A stretch of 64,000 nucleotides of DNA from an uncultured bacterium (lineage in GTDB: Bacteria; UBA8481): the NCBI GenBank assembly GCA_964499705.1, contig CAZCME010000021.1, forward strand, positions 1 to 64,000, read 5' to 3'. The position numbers and the translations under genes were made by a program. The notes beneath the pieces were generated by a model that saw nothing but the letters and a program-made list of their open reading frames with translations, did no database searches and had not been told where the DNA came from. Shown in pieces: positions 9,228 through 19,607 of the stretch (position 1 is the stretch's first letter; every line of letters begins with the position of its first letter).

Positions 9228-10868
9228 GTGAATTCCTTTTCCGATCAGGCCGACGGTGTCGATGACCGCTATACGCCCCGCCGCGAACCGGCGTTCTACC
9301 TCATCTGCTTCCTCTACTCCGTACTGGCCTGGATCCCGATCCAGGGGATTACGATCTGGTACGACGAGGCCTGGAGATTCCTGGCGGCGGTCTCCCGGCC
9401 GCTCGACCTGGAATTCCTGACGCGCTGGTTCGCGCATGGATTGCCGGTTCCCATCTCCCTTCCGCACATGCTCCTCATCCGCTTCGTGCACGGATTCCTG
9501 GGCCTTCCTTCTTCCGAATATGTTCTCCGGCTCGTCAACCTGGGCGCGGCTTTCATCGCGTTCCATGAAATCTGGATCATCGCATCGCGATGGTCGGGAA
9601 GGAAGACCACGGGGCTGGCCGCGGCGGCGCTTCTGGCGGCGAATCCTTACTTCGGTTACTACGTCTTCTCCATCAAGGAACATATGCTCCTCGTCGTCTT
9701 TCTACTCCTCTGGGCACGCCGTCTTCAGCGTCTCGTGAAGTCCGACGGGCCCACGTCATCCGCCGATATTTTCGTCTGCCTAAGTCTCATTTTATTTTCG
9801 CCGCTGGCCGCTTCGGGAATCGGGGCGGCGGCGGTCTGGCTGGCCGCATCGAAGCTCGACGGCCGTCCCGCGCGCCACGATCTTCGGCTCCTCCTGCTGG
9901 GCGTTCTTCCCGCGGCGCTCTGGTCGTACGCGCAGGTGCGGTGCGCGACTTTTCTGGAACGGGATTTCGAACGGTTCTGTTTTGAATACGGCCTGGAAAC
10001 ACTTCCGCCGGGCTCCCTGTACGGTACCGGCAGCGCGCCCTTGTCCGACCGGCTCCTGAACCTCGCGGGCTCCGCGATCGGAGAATCGAATCTTTTCTAT
10101 CCCGTCGGAACCGTCTGGCTGGTCTGTCTCCTCTTGGCAGTGTGGAGAGCTTGCTCGCGGCGGAACCGATCCGATCTGATTCTTCTGGCCGCCGCGCTCG
10201 GCGCGCCCGCGACGCTTCTGTTCTTCGAACTCGTGACCGGTCGCGCGGCGCCCCGGATGGTCCTGTGGCTGGCCCCACTTCTGGCGATGGTCGCTCCCAT
10301 GATTCTCCTCGATCGCTCCTCGCGCCGGCACTGGCCCGGATTCATCCTGCTGATCGTGCTTCTTCTTTCGACAGGGATGGGCTGGATGTACTGGTGGCGG
10401 ATCTATCCGGAGAAGGTCCGGTATCATGAATTCATTTCCCGGTCGGGCCCCTTCCGTTTCGATCGCGGGCGCGATGTCATCATTCATACGCAAGCGCTGC
10501 TCTATTATCCTCATGCCGTGCTCGATCCACTTTCGCGCAAGGTCATTCTTCCCGTTCCCGAGGAGGGCACGGCGATGATGACACTGCATCGCGATTGCCC
10601 GGTCCGCGTCTGCCTCGGCGTCGCGCCGGACCAGGCTGGCTCCGACATTCATCCCCAGTGGTCCGACACGTCGCTGCGTCAATTCGACGGGAACGCCGCG
10701 TGGGCTGTGACGATGTACGCCTTCTCGCCGGCGTTGACCGGGCATCTGGAGAGGAATCTTTTCGACGGAGACAACCGAGTCGACACGTTCATCGACTGGC
10801 CTTACTTCTGGACGCGCGTCGAACGATCCGGAAGCACGATGACGCGGGATACGGAATCCAGCAGGTGA
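9228..10868 (+). CDS. GT-C-like polytopic membrane protein
   Basis: IWYDEAW, LRLVNL, ALLAANPYFGYY..SIKEH pattern typical of GT39-like proteins. Confidence 0.7.
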   Translation: MNSFSDQADGVDDRYTPRREPAFYLICFLYSVLAWIPIQGITIWYDEAWRFLAAVSRPLDLEFLTRWFAHGLPVPISLPHMLLIRFVHGFLGLPSSEYVLRLVNLGAAFIAFHEIWIIASRWSGRKTTGLAAAALLAANPYFGYYVFSIKEHMLLVVFLLLWARRLQRLVKSDGPTSSADIFVCLSLILFSPLAASGIGAAAVWLAASKLDGRPARHDLRLLLLGVLPAALWSYAQVRCATFLERDFERFCFEYGLETLPPGSLYGTGSAPLSDRLLNLAGSAIGESNLFYPVGTVWLVCLLLAVWRACSRRNRSDLILLAAALGAPATLLFFELVTGRAAPRMVLWLAPLLAMVAPMILLDRSSRRHWPGFILLIVLLLSTGMGWMYWWRIYPEKVRYHEFISRSGPFRFDRGRDVIIHTQALLYYPHAVLDPLSRKVILPVPEEGTAMMTLHRDCPVRVCLGVAPDQAGSDIHPQWSDTSLRQFDGNAAWAVTMYAFSPALTGHLERNLFDGDNRVDTFIDWPYFWTRVERSGSTMTRDTESSR

Positions 10869-10870
10869 CG

Positions 10871-11998
10871 ATGACGTTGCGCTCCCGGCGGCTGGCGGTC
10901 TCCTTGTTCGTGCCGATCTGCTTTCTAGCCGTTGCGGAAATCGTTCTGCGGATGGCCGGTTATCCCACGGGCCGCTATGCGCCCCTCTATCCGGCGGATC
11001 GCGGCGTCTATCCCGAAAACGCCCGGTTGGCGATGGATTGGGGGCCGATTCCCTACACGATCCGCACGAATTCGCTGGGGCTCCGCGGCCCGGAGATCGT
11101 CGTGCCGAAGGATGCGGAAACGGAGAGAATCGTCGCCATAGGAGACTCCTTCACGGATGGATATTTCGTCGATGATGAGGCGACCTGGGAGGTCGTTCTG
11201 CAGAAAAATCTCGGGCATAGGACCGGGCGGGATGTGGAAGTGGTCAATGCCGCGTGGGGCGGAGGTTCCATCGACAAGGAACTGGCGCTCCTGCGGGAGA
11301 TCGCGCTCCCGCTCGATCCCGACACCGTCATCCTCCAGTTCTTCTGCAATGACATCACCGACCTGCGCGGGCGGCCGCTCGATGAGCTGCTTCGCTATAC
11401 GTTGAAAGTCCAGCGGCCCGGCCTGGTCCAGCGCGTCCAGAAGTTTCTGGTCACCAGGTCCGCGCTGGGAGAGGCGCTGTTCTCCCGCGCGATGGATCGG
11501 CGTCGGGAAGAGAATGTGTCGCCTTCGGACGGTTTATCCCGTTATGCGTTCGCGGGCGCCGGGGACACCGCTACCAACCTTCGCTTGTACAGGGAACAAT
11601 TCAAGACGCGCGACATGGAGGTTCTCTCGGAACCATGGACCGATGAGATCGAGGAATTGATGAAGTTGTATGTGACGCTTCTGGATCGATTCATCCAGGA
11701 GTGCGATCGGAACGGAATCGCGCTGGTCTTCGTCTATTTTCCATCCTACGGCGAGACACACGGAGAAGGATCCGGATACAGGGTCAACAGCGCGTTGCAG
11801 GAGGCATGTCGCGAGAGAAAGATCCCGTTCCTGGATCTTTCTCCGGTGTTTCGCCGGGAATCGCAGGATACCAACCTGTACCTCATGCCCCTCGATTCCC
11901 ATCTCAATCTGGAAGGACACCGGGTGGCCGCGCGCGAACTGGGCGAATACCTGTCTTCTCCTCGGGCGGGGTTGCAAAGTGGGAGAATGACCCCATAA
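10871..11998 (+). CDS. SGNH/GDSL hydrolase (acyltransferase/esterase) with N-terminal anchor
   Basis: TNSLGLRG, IGDSFTDG, FFCND, DSHLN motifs. Confidence 0.88.
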   Translation: MTLRSRRLAVSLFVPICFLAVAEIVLRMAGYPTGRYAPLYPADRGVYPENARLAMDWGPIPYTIRTNSLGLRGPEIVVPKDAETERIVAIGDSFTDGYFVDDEATWEVVLQKNLGHRTGRDVEVVNAAWGGGSIDKELALLREIALPLDPDTVILQFFCNDITDLRGRPLDELLRYTLKVQRPGLVQRVQKFLVTRSALGEALFSRAMDRRREENVSPSDGLSRYAFAGAGDTATNLRLYREQFKTRDMEVLSEPWTDEIEELMKLYVTLLDRFIQECDRNGIALVFVYFPSYGETHGEGSGYRVNSALQEACRERKIPFLDLSPVFRRESQDTNLYLMPLDSHLNLEGHRVAARELGEYLSSPRAGLQSGRMTP

Positions 11999-12005
11999 TA
12001 ATGAC

Positions 12006-12743
12006 ATGTCCGTCGGTCTGTCATCCGAAGCTCCTTCGTCCGAGAAGCTCGCCTTCCTCGGATCTCTCGCGTCGGGTCTCGTGCATGAGCTCCGCAATCC
12101 TCTGAACGCCATCCGCGCGAACCTGCAGCTCATGGAGGAGGACATGGAGCGCGAGGAGGAAGGCGAGGGACCGCATACGCGCCGCGTCAGGAGGCTCCTC
12201 GGGGAGGTCGGTCGGCTCGACAAGATCCTCTCCGATTTTCTGACCTTCGTTCGCGGAGCCGATCTGAAATTCACGCGCGTCGATCTGGCGTCCCTGCTGC
12301 AGGAAGTCGTCACGTTTATCACGCCCCAGGCGGACGCGCAGGGCGTCGCGGTCCTGCCTTATCTGCAGGAGAACATCATGGCGGAGGTGGACGGTGAAGC
12401 CGTGAGGCAGGCGATCATGAACCTGGCGATCAACGGACTTCAGGCCATGGAAGGGTCGGGAACGCTGATGCTGCGGTTGTCATCGGGTGAATGGAACGGC
12501 GGGCCGGCCGCCGTCGTCGATATCATCGACACGGGAAAAGGGATTCCGCCGGACCGGATCCAGAGGATATTCGAGCATTTCTACACGACAAGAGAAGGCG
12601 GCACGGGGATCGGCCTTTCCGTTGTCTCGCGAATCGTCACGGCACATGACGGCGACATCAAGTGCGAGAGCGAACCCGGGCGCGGCACCCAGTTTCGCAT
12701 CCGGTTGCCGTTGACGCGAAATGAGGCGAAGACCGATGGCTGA
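12006..12743 (+). CDS. Histidine kinase (HisKA + HATPase only)
   Basis: HELRNPL H-box, NLAINGLQA N-box, DTGKGI, FYTT, GTGIGL. Confidence 0.93.
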   Translation: MSVGLSSEAPSSEKLAFLGSLASGLVHELRNPLNAIRANLQLMEEDMEREEEGEGPHTRRVRRLLGEVGRLDKILSDFLTFVRGADLKFTRVDLASLLQEVVTFITPQADAQGVAVLPYLQENIMAEVDGEAVRQAIMNLAINGLQAMEGSGTLMLRLSSGEWNGGPAAVVDIIDTGKGIPPDRIQRIFEHFYTTREGGTGIGLSVVSRIVTAHDGDIKCESEPGRGTQFRIRLPLTRNEAKTDG

Positions 12744-14076
12744 GATTCTCGTCGTCGATGACGACGCCGCCTCGCGCGAGGTGATCGTCGAGGCGCTGGA
12801 GCGAGACGGGCACAAGGTCGCCTCGGCGCGCTCGGGCCGGGAAGGCCGCGAGAGCCTGGAGCGGTCCACGTACGATCTCGTGGTCTCCGACCTCGTGATG
12901 CCGGAGGTGGACGGCATGGCGATCCTGGAAGCCGCGCGCGGCCGCGAATCCTCCACCGAGGTGATCATCCTGACCGGCTACGGTTCCGTCGAGTCCGCCG
13001 TGGAAGCGATGAAGAACGGCGCCTACCAGTATCTGAACAAGCCGGTCAACATCAAGGAACTGCGCGAGGTCGCGAGGAAGGCCCTGGAGAAGCAGGTCCT
13101 GGCGAAGGACAACGCCGCGCTCCTGGCGATCAATCACCGCTATGGATTCGAATCGATCATCGGCGACTCGCCCGCGATGCAGGCGATCTTCACAAAGATC
13201 CGCCAGATCGCTCCGACATCCGCCACCGTTCTCATCACGGGCGACAGCGGCACCGGCAAGGAACTGGTCGCGCACGCGATCCACAACAACTCGCCTCGCC
13301 GCGGCAAGCCGTTTCTCGCCTTCAATTGCGGCGCCCTGTCGGAATCCCTCATCGAGTCCGAGCTCTTCGGTCACGAGCGCGGATCCTTCACGGGCGCGGT
13401 CAGCGACCGCAAGGGCTATTTCCAGCTCGCGGACGGCGGGACGCTCCTCCTGGACGAAATAGGGGAGATGCCGCTTCAGACGCAGGTGAAACTGCTTCGC
13501 GTCCTGGAGACGCGGTCGTTCTTCCGCGTGGGCGGGTCCCGCAAGATCGACATCGACGTGCGCGTCCTGGCGGCGACGAACCGCGACCTGAAGGCGATGA
13601 TCGGCCAGCGCGTCTTCCGCGAGGATCTCTTCTTTCGCCTGAACGTGCTTTCTATCGACGTGCCGCGCCTGGCGGACCATGCGGAGGATATCCCCATCCT
13701 GGTCCGGCATTATCTCGACGAATTCAACCGACGTCACGGCCGCAAGGTGAAGACGATCTCCCCGGACGCGATGCGGGCCGTCGCCGGTTACAACTGGCCC
13801 GGCAACGTCCGCGAGCTTCGCAACATGATCGAGAACCTCGTGATCACGACGGAAACGGATGAGCTTCAGCTTACCGATTTGCCTCCCGCGATCAGCGCCA
13901 CCGCCGGCCCGTCATCCGCGGGAGCGTTCACATTTCCCGAGGGAATGACCATGGATGCGATCGAGAAGGAAGTGATCCGCATCGCTCTGCAGCGCAGCGG
14001 TGGAAACAAGAAGAAGGCCGCGGAGTCGCTGGGAATGAGCCTGCGGACATTTCACCGGAAGGTGAAAGTTCTCTAG
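12736..14076 (+). CDS. Sigma-54-dependent response regulator (NtrC family)
   Basis: Receiver domain (VVDDD, SDLVMP), GDSGTGKE, ESELFGHERGSFTGA, WPGNVREL, C-terminal HTH. Confidence 0.95.
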   Translation: MAEILVVDDDAASREVIVEALERDGHKVASARSGREGRESLERSTYDLVVSDLVMPEVDGMAILEAARGRESSTEVIILTGYGSVESAVEAMKNGAYQYLNKPVNIKELREVARKALEKQVLAKDNAALLAINHRYGFESIIGDSPAMQAIFTKIRQIAPTSATVLITGDSGTGKELVAHAIHNNSPRRGKPFLAFNCGALSESLIESELFGHERGSFTGAVSDRKGYFQLADGGTLLLDEIGEMPLQTQVKLLRVLETRSFFRVGGSRKIDIDVRVLAATNRDLKAMIGQRVFREDLFFRLNVLSIDVPRLADHAEDIPILVRHYLDEFNRRHGRKVKTISPDAMRAVAGYNWPGNVRELRNMIENLVITTETDELQLTDLPPAISATAGPSSAGAFTFPEGMTMDAIEKEVIRIALQRSGGNKKKAAESLGMSLRTFHRKVKVL

Positions 14077-14681
14077 AACGTCGCGAGGGCTTCTTCGACC
14101 GCGCCGCTGCCCGACCGCAACACCACGGGCTGGACTCCCGTCAGGTCGAGGATCGTGGATGCTTCCGTCTGGACGATTCCGGAGTCGATAACGCAGGCCA
14201 GATCGGGATAATGCCGGGCAACATCCTCCGCGGTTTCGGCATAGCCGTCTTCATCCGTGACCGCGGATGCCGAGATCAAAGGGGCTTCCAGCGCCATGCA
14301 GAGTGCGTTGATGATCTTTTTTCCGCAGACGCGGATGCCGACCGTGCGCTGCTTCGTCAGCGTCATCCGCGGGACTTCCTTCGTGGCGCGCAGGATGAAG
14401 GTGTAGCATCCCGGCGTGCAGCGTTTCATGATGCGATACGCGATCCGGTCGACGTAGGCATAGCGGGAGATCTCCGCGAGATCGGGTAACAGGAGCGCCA
14501 ACGGTTTCGACGGAGGAAGATGCCGCATCTCCCGCAGATGCTCGACGCCGTCGCGCGAGTTCAGGGACGACACCAGCGCATACGTGGTGTCGGTCGCGAG
14601 CCCGATCACTCCGCCTTCTTTCAGGGCCCCGGCCAGCTCGCGGATGGGTGTTCCGAATTCGGTTACGATGCGTGTCATCAT
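14073..14681 (-). CDS. YrdC/Sua5/YciO family protein (threonylcarbamoyl-AMP synthase-like)
   Basis: TDTTYAL, PGCYTFIL, TVGIRV, STILDLT..P.VLR.GSG. Confidence 0.88.
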   Translation of the reverse strand: MMTRIVTEFGTPIRELAGALKEGGVIGLATDTTYALVSSLNSRDGVEHLREMRHLPPSKPLALLLPDLAEISRYAYVDRIAYRIMKRCTPGCYTFILRATKEVPRMTLTKQRTVGIRVCGKKIINALCMALEAPLISASAVTDEDGYAETAEDVARHYPDLACVIDSGIVQTEASTILDLTGVQPVVLRSGSGAVEEALATF

Positions 14682-14723
14682 GAAAAATATATCACGGTTG
14701 ACCGGGAGGGATGAAGCGGAGTT

Positions 14724-16517
14724 CTACCGCGCTTCGGCGGCTTCGCTGGTCTCCCGCAGTGCCGCCTCGTCCGCCTCGGCGGCCGTCAGTTCCTGCTCGA
14801 TCGCGTCGAACTTCCGCGTCAGGTCCGCCATGTCGGGAGGCGCTTCGGCATCCAACAGGCGCATGATTTCATCCCGTTCGCGCCGCAATTTAGCGATGCG
14901 ATCCTCGAGTTCGCGAGCGCGCCGTGCGCGGCGCCGCTCCTCCGTCTCCCGCTTCTTCTTCAACTCATAGGCTGCTCGTCCTGTTTCTTCCGGCGGCGCC
15001 GCATCCCCGTCGTCGTCGTCGTGCAATTCGGCTCCGAGCTGCACCGTCAGATGATACACATATTCGTCATAGGTTCCGGGATAGCGGACGACCTTGCTGC
15101 CGCCGACCTCGAGTATTTCCGTCGCGACGAGATGAACGAATGTCCGGTCGTGGCTGACGAAGAAGAGCGTGCCGGAATATTTCTGGAGCGCGGCGCCGAG
15201 CGCTTCGACCGTCTCGAAATCGAGATGGTTGCTGGGTTCATCGAGGAGGAGAACCGTGTTGCGGGCGAGGAGAAGACCCGCCAGCACGAGGCGCGCTCGT
15301 TCGCCGCCTGAAAGGACTCCGACCTTCTTGTCGACGTCGGCGCCCTGGAAGAGAAAGCTTCCCGCCAGGTCCAGGATCTCCTGGTCGAGCACGTCCTTGG
15401 CCGCCTGCTTCTGGAGGTAGAATTTCACGGTCTGGGACGGATCGAGACCGGAATAGACATGCTGGGCGTAGTAGCCGACCGAGAGCGCGTGTCCCCAGCG
15501 GAACTTGCCGGCGCGCGCCTGGAGGTCGCCGGCGAGTGTCCGGAGAAACGTGGTCTTGCCCTGGCCGTTGTCCCCCAGAACCGCGACGTGCGCCCCCTGG
15601 GGCACTTCCACGCGGATATCGCCGGCCACCATCTTGTCCGGATAACCGATCTCCAGCCCCTCGCAACGCATCGCGATGCCTTGCCTCTTCGGGACATTCG
15701 GAATCCTGATGCGCACGTTCTTCATCGGGTGATCGACGTCGATGGTCTTCAGTCTCTGGAGCTGTTTCAACTTGGATCGGGCCTGGGTCGCCTTCGACGC
15801 CTTGGCCTTGAAGCGGTCGACGAACCTCTGGAGCTGCTTCTGCTTGATCTCGACGTTCCGGTTGAACGCCTCGGCCTGCTCGCGCTGTTCCTCCTTGAAG
15901 AGCAGGAATTCATCGACGGTGCCGGGATACATCGTGAGCCCGCCCTGGTCGACTTCGAGCGTGCAGTCGCATGTCCGCTTCAGGAATTCGCGGTCATGGG
16001 AGACGACGAGAAATCCTCCGTCGTAGTCGAGAAGAAATCTTTCAAGAAGGATGAGCGTTTTGAGGTCGAGATAGTTCGTCGGCTCGTCGAGAAGGATGAA
16101 GTTCGGATCGGAGAGAAGCATGGACGCGAGCTTGACGCGCGTCCGGAAGCCGCCGGAGAGCGCGCCGATGGGCGCGGAGAGGAGGGCGCCCTGGAGCTGG
16201 AACCGGGCGGCGACCTTGGCGCATTGCCAGTCGGCGTGACCTGTGAAGCGCACCAGAAATTCGAGGACGGATTCCTCCAGGCTGTAGGGATCGTGCTGCT
16301 GCAGGTAGGAAAGCCGCAGGCCCGAGGCGCGCCAGACAGAGCCGGCCTCGGCTTCCTCCTCGCCGGTGAGAATCCTGCAGAGCGTGGATTTTCCCGCTCC
16401 GTTGCGGCCGATCACGGCGATCTTCTGACCCTCGGAAAAGATCGCGCTCGCCTCGTCCAGGATGACGCGCGATCCGTATCCCTTGTGGATCCCCTTCAAT
16501 TCGATGAGCATACCCAT
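14724..16517 (-). CDS. ABC-F family ATPase
   Basis: Two ABC domains (GRNGAGKST / GDNGQGKTT, LSGG, LDEP.N), RFKAKASKA linker, no TM segments. Confidence 0.95.
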   Translation of the reverse strand: MGMLIELKGIHKGYGSRVILDEASAIFSEGQKIAVIGRNGAGKSTLCRILTGEEEAEAGSVWRASGLRLSYLQQHDPYSLEESVLEFLVRFTGHADWQCAKVAARFQLQGALLSAPIGALSGGFRTRVKLASMLLSDPNFILLDEPTNYLDLKTLILLERFLLDYDGGFLVVSHDREFLKRTCDCTLEVDQGGLTMYPGTVDEFLLFKEEQREQAEAFNRNVEIKQKQLQRFVDRFKAKASKATQARSKLKQLQRLKTIDVDHPMKNVRIRIPNVPKRQGIAMRCEGLEIGYPDKMVAGDIRVEVPQGAHVAVLGDNGQGKTTFLRTLAGDLQARAGKFRWGHALSVGYYAQHVYSGLDPSQTVKFYLQKQAAKDVLDQEILDLAGSFLFQGADVDKKVGVLSGGERARLVLAGLLLARNTVLLLDEPSNHLDFETVEALGAALQKYSGTLFFVSHDRTFVHLVATEILEVGGSKVVRYPGTYDEYVYHLTVQLGAELHDDDDGDAAPPEETGRAAYELKKKRETEERRRARRARELEDRIAKLRRERDEIMRLLDAEAPPDMADLTRKFDAIEQELTAAEADEAALRETSEAAEAR

Positions 16518-16615
16518 GAACCGGATATTATACGCCGCCTTGCGACAGCAGTCATCCGACTTTCATTCGAAACCTGATAGCCACCCATCGAGTTTGGCTC
16601 TAAAATCTCTTGATC

Positions 16616-17782
16616 ATGGATGCCAGAACAATATTGATGCGCGGAGTCGAAGATCTGATCGGAGATCTCGACGGAAAGCTGGCGGAGAAACGCCCGCTCC
16701 GGGTGAAGGCCGGTTTCGATCCGACGGCGCCCGACCTGCACCTGGGTCATGCCGTCCTGTTGAGAAAGTTGCGCCAGTTCCAGGACCTCGGGCACATCGT
16801 GCATTTTCTCATCGGCGATTTCACGGCGATGATCGGAGATCCGAGCGGCCGGAACGAGACACGACCTGCCTTGTCCCGCGAGCAGATCGCGCGGAATGCG
16901 CAGACGTACAAGGACCAGGTTTTCAAGATACTCGATCCCGCGAAGACGGAGGTCGTCTTCAATTCGTCATGGCTCGAACCCCTGGGCGCGGCCGGAATGC
17001 TGAAGCTGGCGGGGCAGAGGACCGTGGCGCGGATGCTGGAGCGCGATGATTTCAAGACGAGGTTCAAGGCGGGCGTGGATATCACGATCACGGAATTCCT
17101 GTATCCGCTCATGCAGGGGTACGATTCCGTCGAACTTCGCTCCGATGTGGAACTGGGCGGCGGCGACCAGAGATTCAACCTCCTGATGGGCCGCTTTCTC
17201 CAGGAACGTTACGACCAGCCTCCGCAGGTGATCATGATGCTTCCGCTCATCGAGGGCCTCGACGGCGTCCGGAAGATGTCGAAGTCCTACGGCAACGCGA
17301 TCGGTCTGCTGGAACCGTCCGACCAGATCTTCGGCAAGATCATGTCGATACCGGACGACCTCATCTGGCGATACATGCTTCTCCTGACGACGATGTCCGA
17401 GGAGGAGATCGAGTCGCTCCGGATGTCGGGAGGCAATCCGCGGGACGCGAAGGTGCGGCTGGCGAAGGAAGTCGTGATGATGCTGCATGGAGATGCCGCG
17501 GGATGCGAGGCGGTCTCCCGGTTCGAGGCGATCTTCCGCCGGAAGGAGGCTCCGGAGGAGATGCCCGAGATCGCGCGCGGCGCCGGGGAGGATCTTTCCG
17601 CGCTGTTGACGCGAGCCGGCATGGCCGCTTCGAAAAGCGAGGCGCGCCGTCTCATCGGCCAGGGCGGGGTGCGCGTGGCCGATGGCGACGACTGGCGCAA
17701 GGTGGCGGACATCGCGGAGATTTCCGTTTCCCCCGCCGTGTTGAAGATCGGCAAGAAAGGGAAATTCCTCCGCGTGCGTTGA
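16616..17782 (+). CDS. tyrS: Tyrosine--tRNA ligase
   Basis: [31 protein letters not shown]-terminal S4 domain. Confidence 0.97.
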   Translation: MDARTILMRGVEDLIGDLDGKLAEKRPLRVKAGFDPTAPDLHLGHAVLLRKLRQFQDLGHIVHFLIGDFTAMIGDPSGRNETRPALSREQIARNAQTYKDQVFKILDPAKTEVVFNSSWLEPLGAAGMLKLAGQRTVARMLERDDFKTRFKAGVDITITEFLYPLMQGYDSVELRSDVELGGGDQRFNLLMGRFLQERYDQPPQVIMMLPLIEGLDGVRKMSKSYGNAIGLLEPSDQIFGKIMSIPDDLIWRYMLLLTTMSEEEIESLRMSGGNPRDAKVRLAKEVVMMLHGDAAGCEAVSRFEAIFRRKEAPEEMPEIARGAGEDLSALLTRAGMAASKSEARRLIGQGGVRVADGDDWRKVADIAEISVSPAVLKIGKKGKFLRVR

Positions 17783-17807
17783 TGGGCCGTTCTCGGAGAT
17801 CCTCAGA

Positions 17808-18395
17808 GTGACTCCCTCGCTCTTCTCCGCGGTCATGGCCGCGTGGTGGCTTCTCGCCGAGACGATTCTCGTCCTGATGCTGGAATGGTCATCGCGCCAT
17901 GTGCGCGGCCCTCGCCCGGCGAAGATCGTCTCCGTTTCATCGCTCATTATTTTCTCGGCCGCGATGGCGGGATGGGCGGCGCTGGCCGCGCGACAGCACT
18001 GGATTTACGGATCCGGTGACCCGACTCCGGAGAATCGCATCCTCTCGATGATGATCTGGAACGGGCTCTGCACGCTCTGGGTTGTCCTCGAGACCGCGAT
18101 CCTCGTCTACCTTGCGCGGACCGTTCGCGGACTGGAAGGATCGATCGATCGGTCGGATCGTGGTACGATTCTACTCGTGGGAGCAAGCGTGATCCTGTTC
18201 CTGGGATTTACGGCGTACCATGCCGCGGTGGACTCAATGCGTTCCGCGGAGATGTCACCGCTCGCGAGCATGCGCGCCGAGCATCTGCTTCTCTTCTATA
18301 TCCGGATCTGCGGCGCCTTCTGGGTCGCACTGGAAGCTGCCTGTGCCTGGTGCGTCTATCGAGGGCGGCTCGTCTTCCTGCGGAAGATATCATGA
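17808..18395 (+). CDS. Hypothetical integral membrane protein (about 5 TM)
   Basis: Hydrophobic helices; downstream of tyrS; overlaps the next gene (ATGA). Confidence 0.7.
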   Translation: MTPSLFSAVMAAWWLLAETILVLMLEWSSRHVRGPRPAKIVSVSSLIIFSAAMAGWAALAARQHWIYGSGDPTPENRILSMMIWNGLCTLWVVLETAILVYLARTVRGLEGSIDRSDRGTILLVGASVILFLGFTAYHAAVDSMRSAEMSPLASMRAEHLLLFYIRICGAFWVALEAACAWCVYRGRLVFLRKIS

Positions 18396-18748
18396 TGGAA
18401 TTCATGGTCGCGGTCGCGGATTTCTACACACCCGGGCGCGCGCTCGAGTGGACACGGTGGAACGCGATCCTCTGGTCGGCCGCCGACATCGTCCTGTGCA
18501 TGGCGCTGCTGGATCTGACCGATCGCGCTCGCCGATTGGAACAGGGAAGGCGAGCATGGGTCCGATGGCTGCTCTTCCTCGCGTCGGTGATCCTGACGCC
18601 GGCCCTTTTTACAGCGGGCAGCCAGAAGGAGATCTTCCGGATCGAAGCCATTGTCTGCGGTCTTCAATTTCTCGTTCTTGCATCCACCGCGGTGATCGAT
18701 GCGCGGCTCCTGCTGAGAATGCACAAGCGTTACTTCGCCGCGACCTGA
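18392..18748 (+). CDS. Hypothetical membrane protein (about 3 TM)
   Basis: ATGA coupling with the upstream gene; hydrophobic segments. Confidence 0.65.
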   Translation: MMEFMVAVADFYTPGRALEWTRWNAILWSAADIVLCMALLDLTDRARRLEQGRRAWVRWLLFLASVILTPALFTAGSQKEIFRIEAIVCGLQFLVLASTAVIDARLLLRMHKRYFAAT

Positions 18749-18752
18749 GCCG

Positions 18753-19592
18753 TCAGATCGCTCCGGTCATCGTCCCCAGTGTCCTTGTCAGCTCCGTCCG
18801 GTAGATCCGCTCCAGGTGTTCTTCATCCCTCGTGATGCACGAAGCCAGGTGCTCCCGCAGATCCGCGCCGACCGTGCTGATGACGGCGAGGCGCCTGAGG
18901 AGCCCGAGCGCGCGCCGCGCGATCCTCGTCACCTCGGCCCGGGATTCGGAGCGATCCTCGCCGCTCGATTCTTCGGATGAGTCGATCTCCTCGGCGGCCT
19001 GGATGGCGAGATTGATGATTCCCTCCGCGCGATTCCTCTGTTCCGCCGATCCCCGGGATCGGATCGTGTCGAGGTCGCCCGATAGGGCGGAGAGCATGCG
19101 CTGCGCGCGGCCATGCGCGAGGAATTGCCCGATGATGATGGCCTCGATTCCCGAGAGGAGAAATTCCGGAGCCCCATGGCGGGCAGCGACGTGGATCGCC
19201 AGACCCGCGACGCAGGAACCCAGGGCGCCTCGCGCGGCGCCGACCCACGGCACGGGGTGCAGAGGTCCCGGAGCGGCCACGGCGCCGCCCAGGCCCGCGC
19301 CGAGGCAGATGCGGCCGATGAGCGCGGAGGACGGCGAGAAGAGCACGTCGCCGAAGGCGCCCGCGCAGCACCAGATGAGCGCGTAGGAGAGCCGGGCCAC
19401 CGGCACTCCGGCGTCGAGCGCGAGGCCCGCGCCGAGAATGGACGCGAAGAGGATGCGCGCGATATAGCTTCCGGATGCGTCGATCCCGTCGGGCAGGTAA
19501 TACGCGGATTCCGCGAAACCCGCCATGATCCCGATGAGAAACAGGAGCACCAGTCTTTTCCTGGACAGTACGGCCGTCGATAAGGTATTCAT
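18753..19592 (-). CDS. Hypothetical membrane protein with C-terminal helical domain
   Basis: Gly/Ala-rich TM N-terminal half; strong SD (GGAGGA) before ATG; follows the vWA gene. Confidence 0.7.
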   Translation of the reverse strand: MNTLSTAVLSRKRLVLLFLIGIMAGFAESAYYLPDGIDASGSYIARILFASILGAGLALDAGVPVARLSYALIWCCAGAFGDVLFSPSSALIGRICLGAGLGGAVAAPGPLHPVPWVGAARGALGSCVAGLAIHVAARHGAPEFLLSGIEAIIIGQFLAHGRAQRMLSALSGDLDTIRSRGSAEQRNRAEGIINLAIQAAEEIDSSEESSGEDRSESRAEVTRIARRALGLLRRLAVISTVGADLREHLASCITRDEEHLERIYRTELTRTLGTMTGAI

Positions 19593-19607
19593 CGTTCCTC
19601 CTCCATT

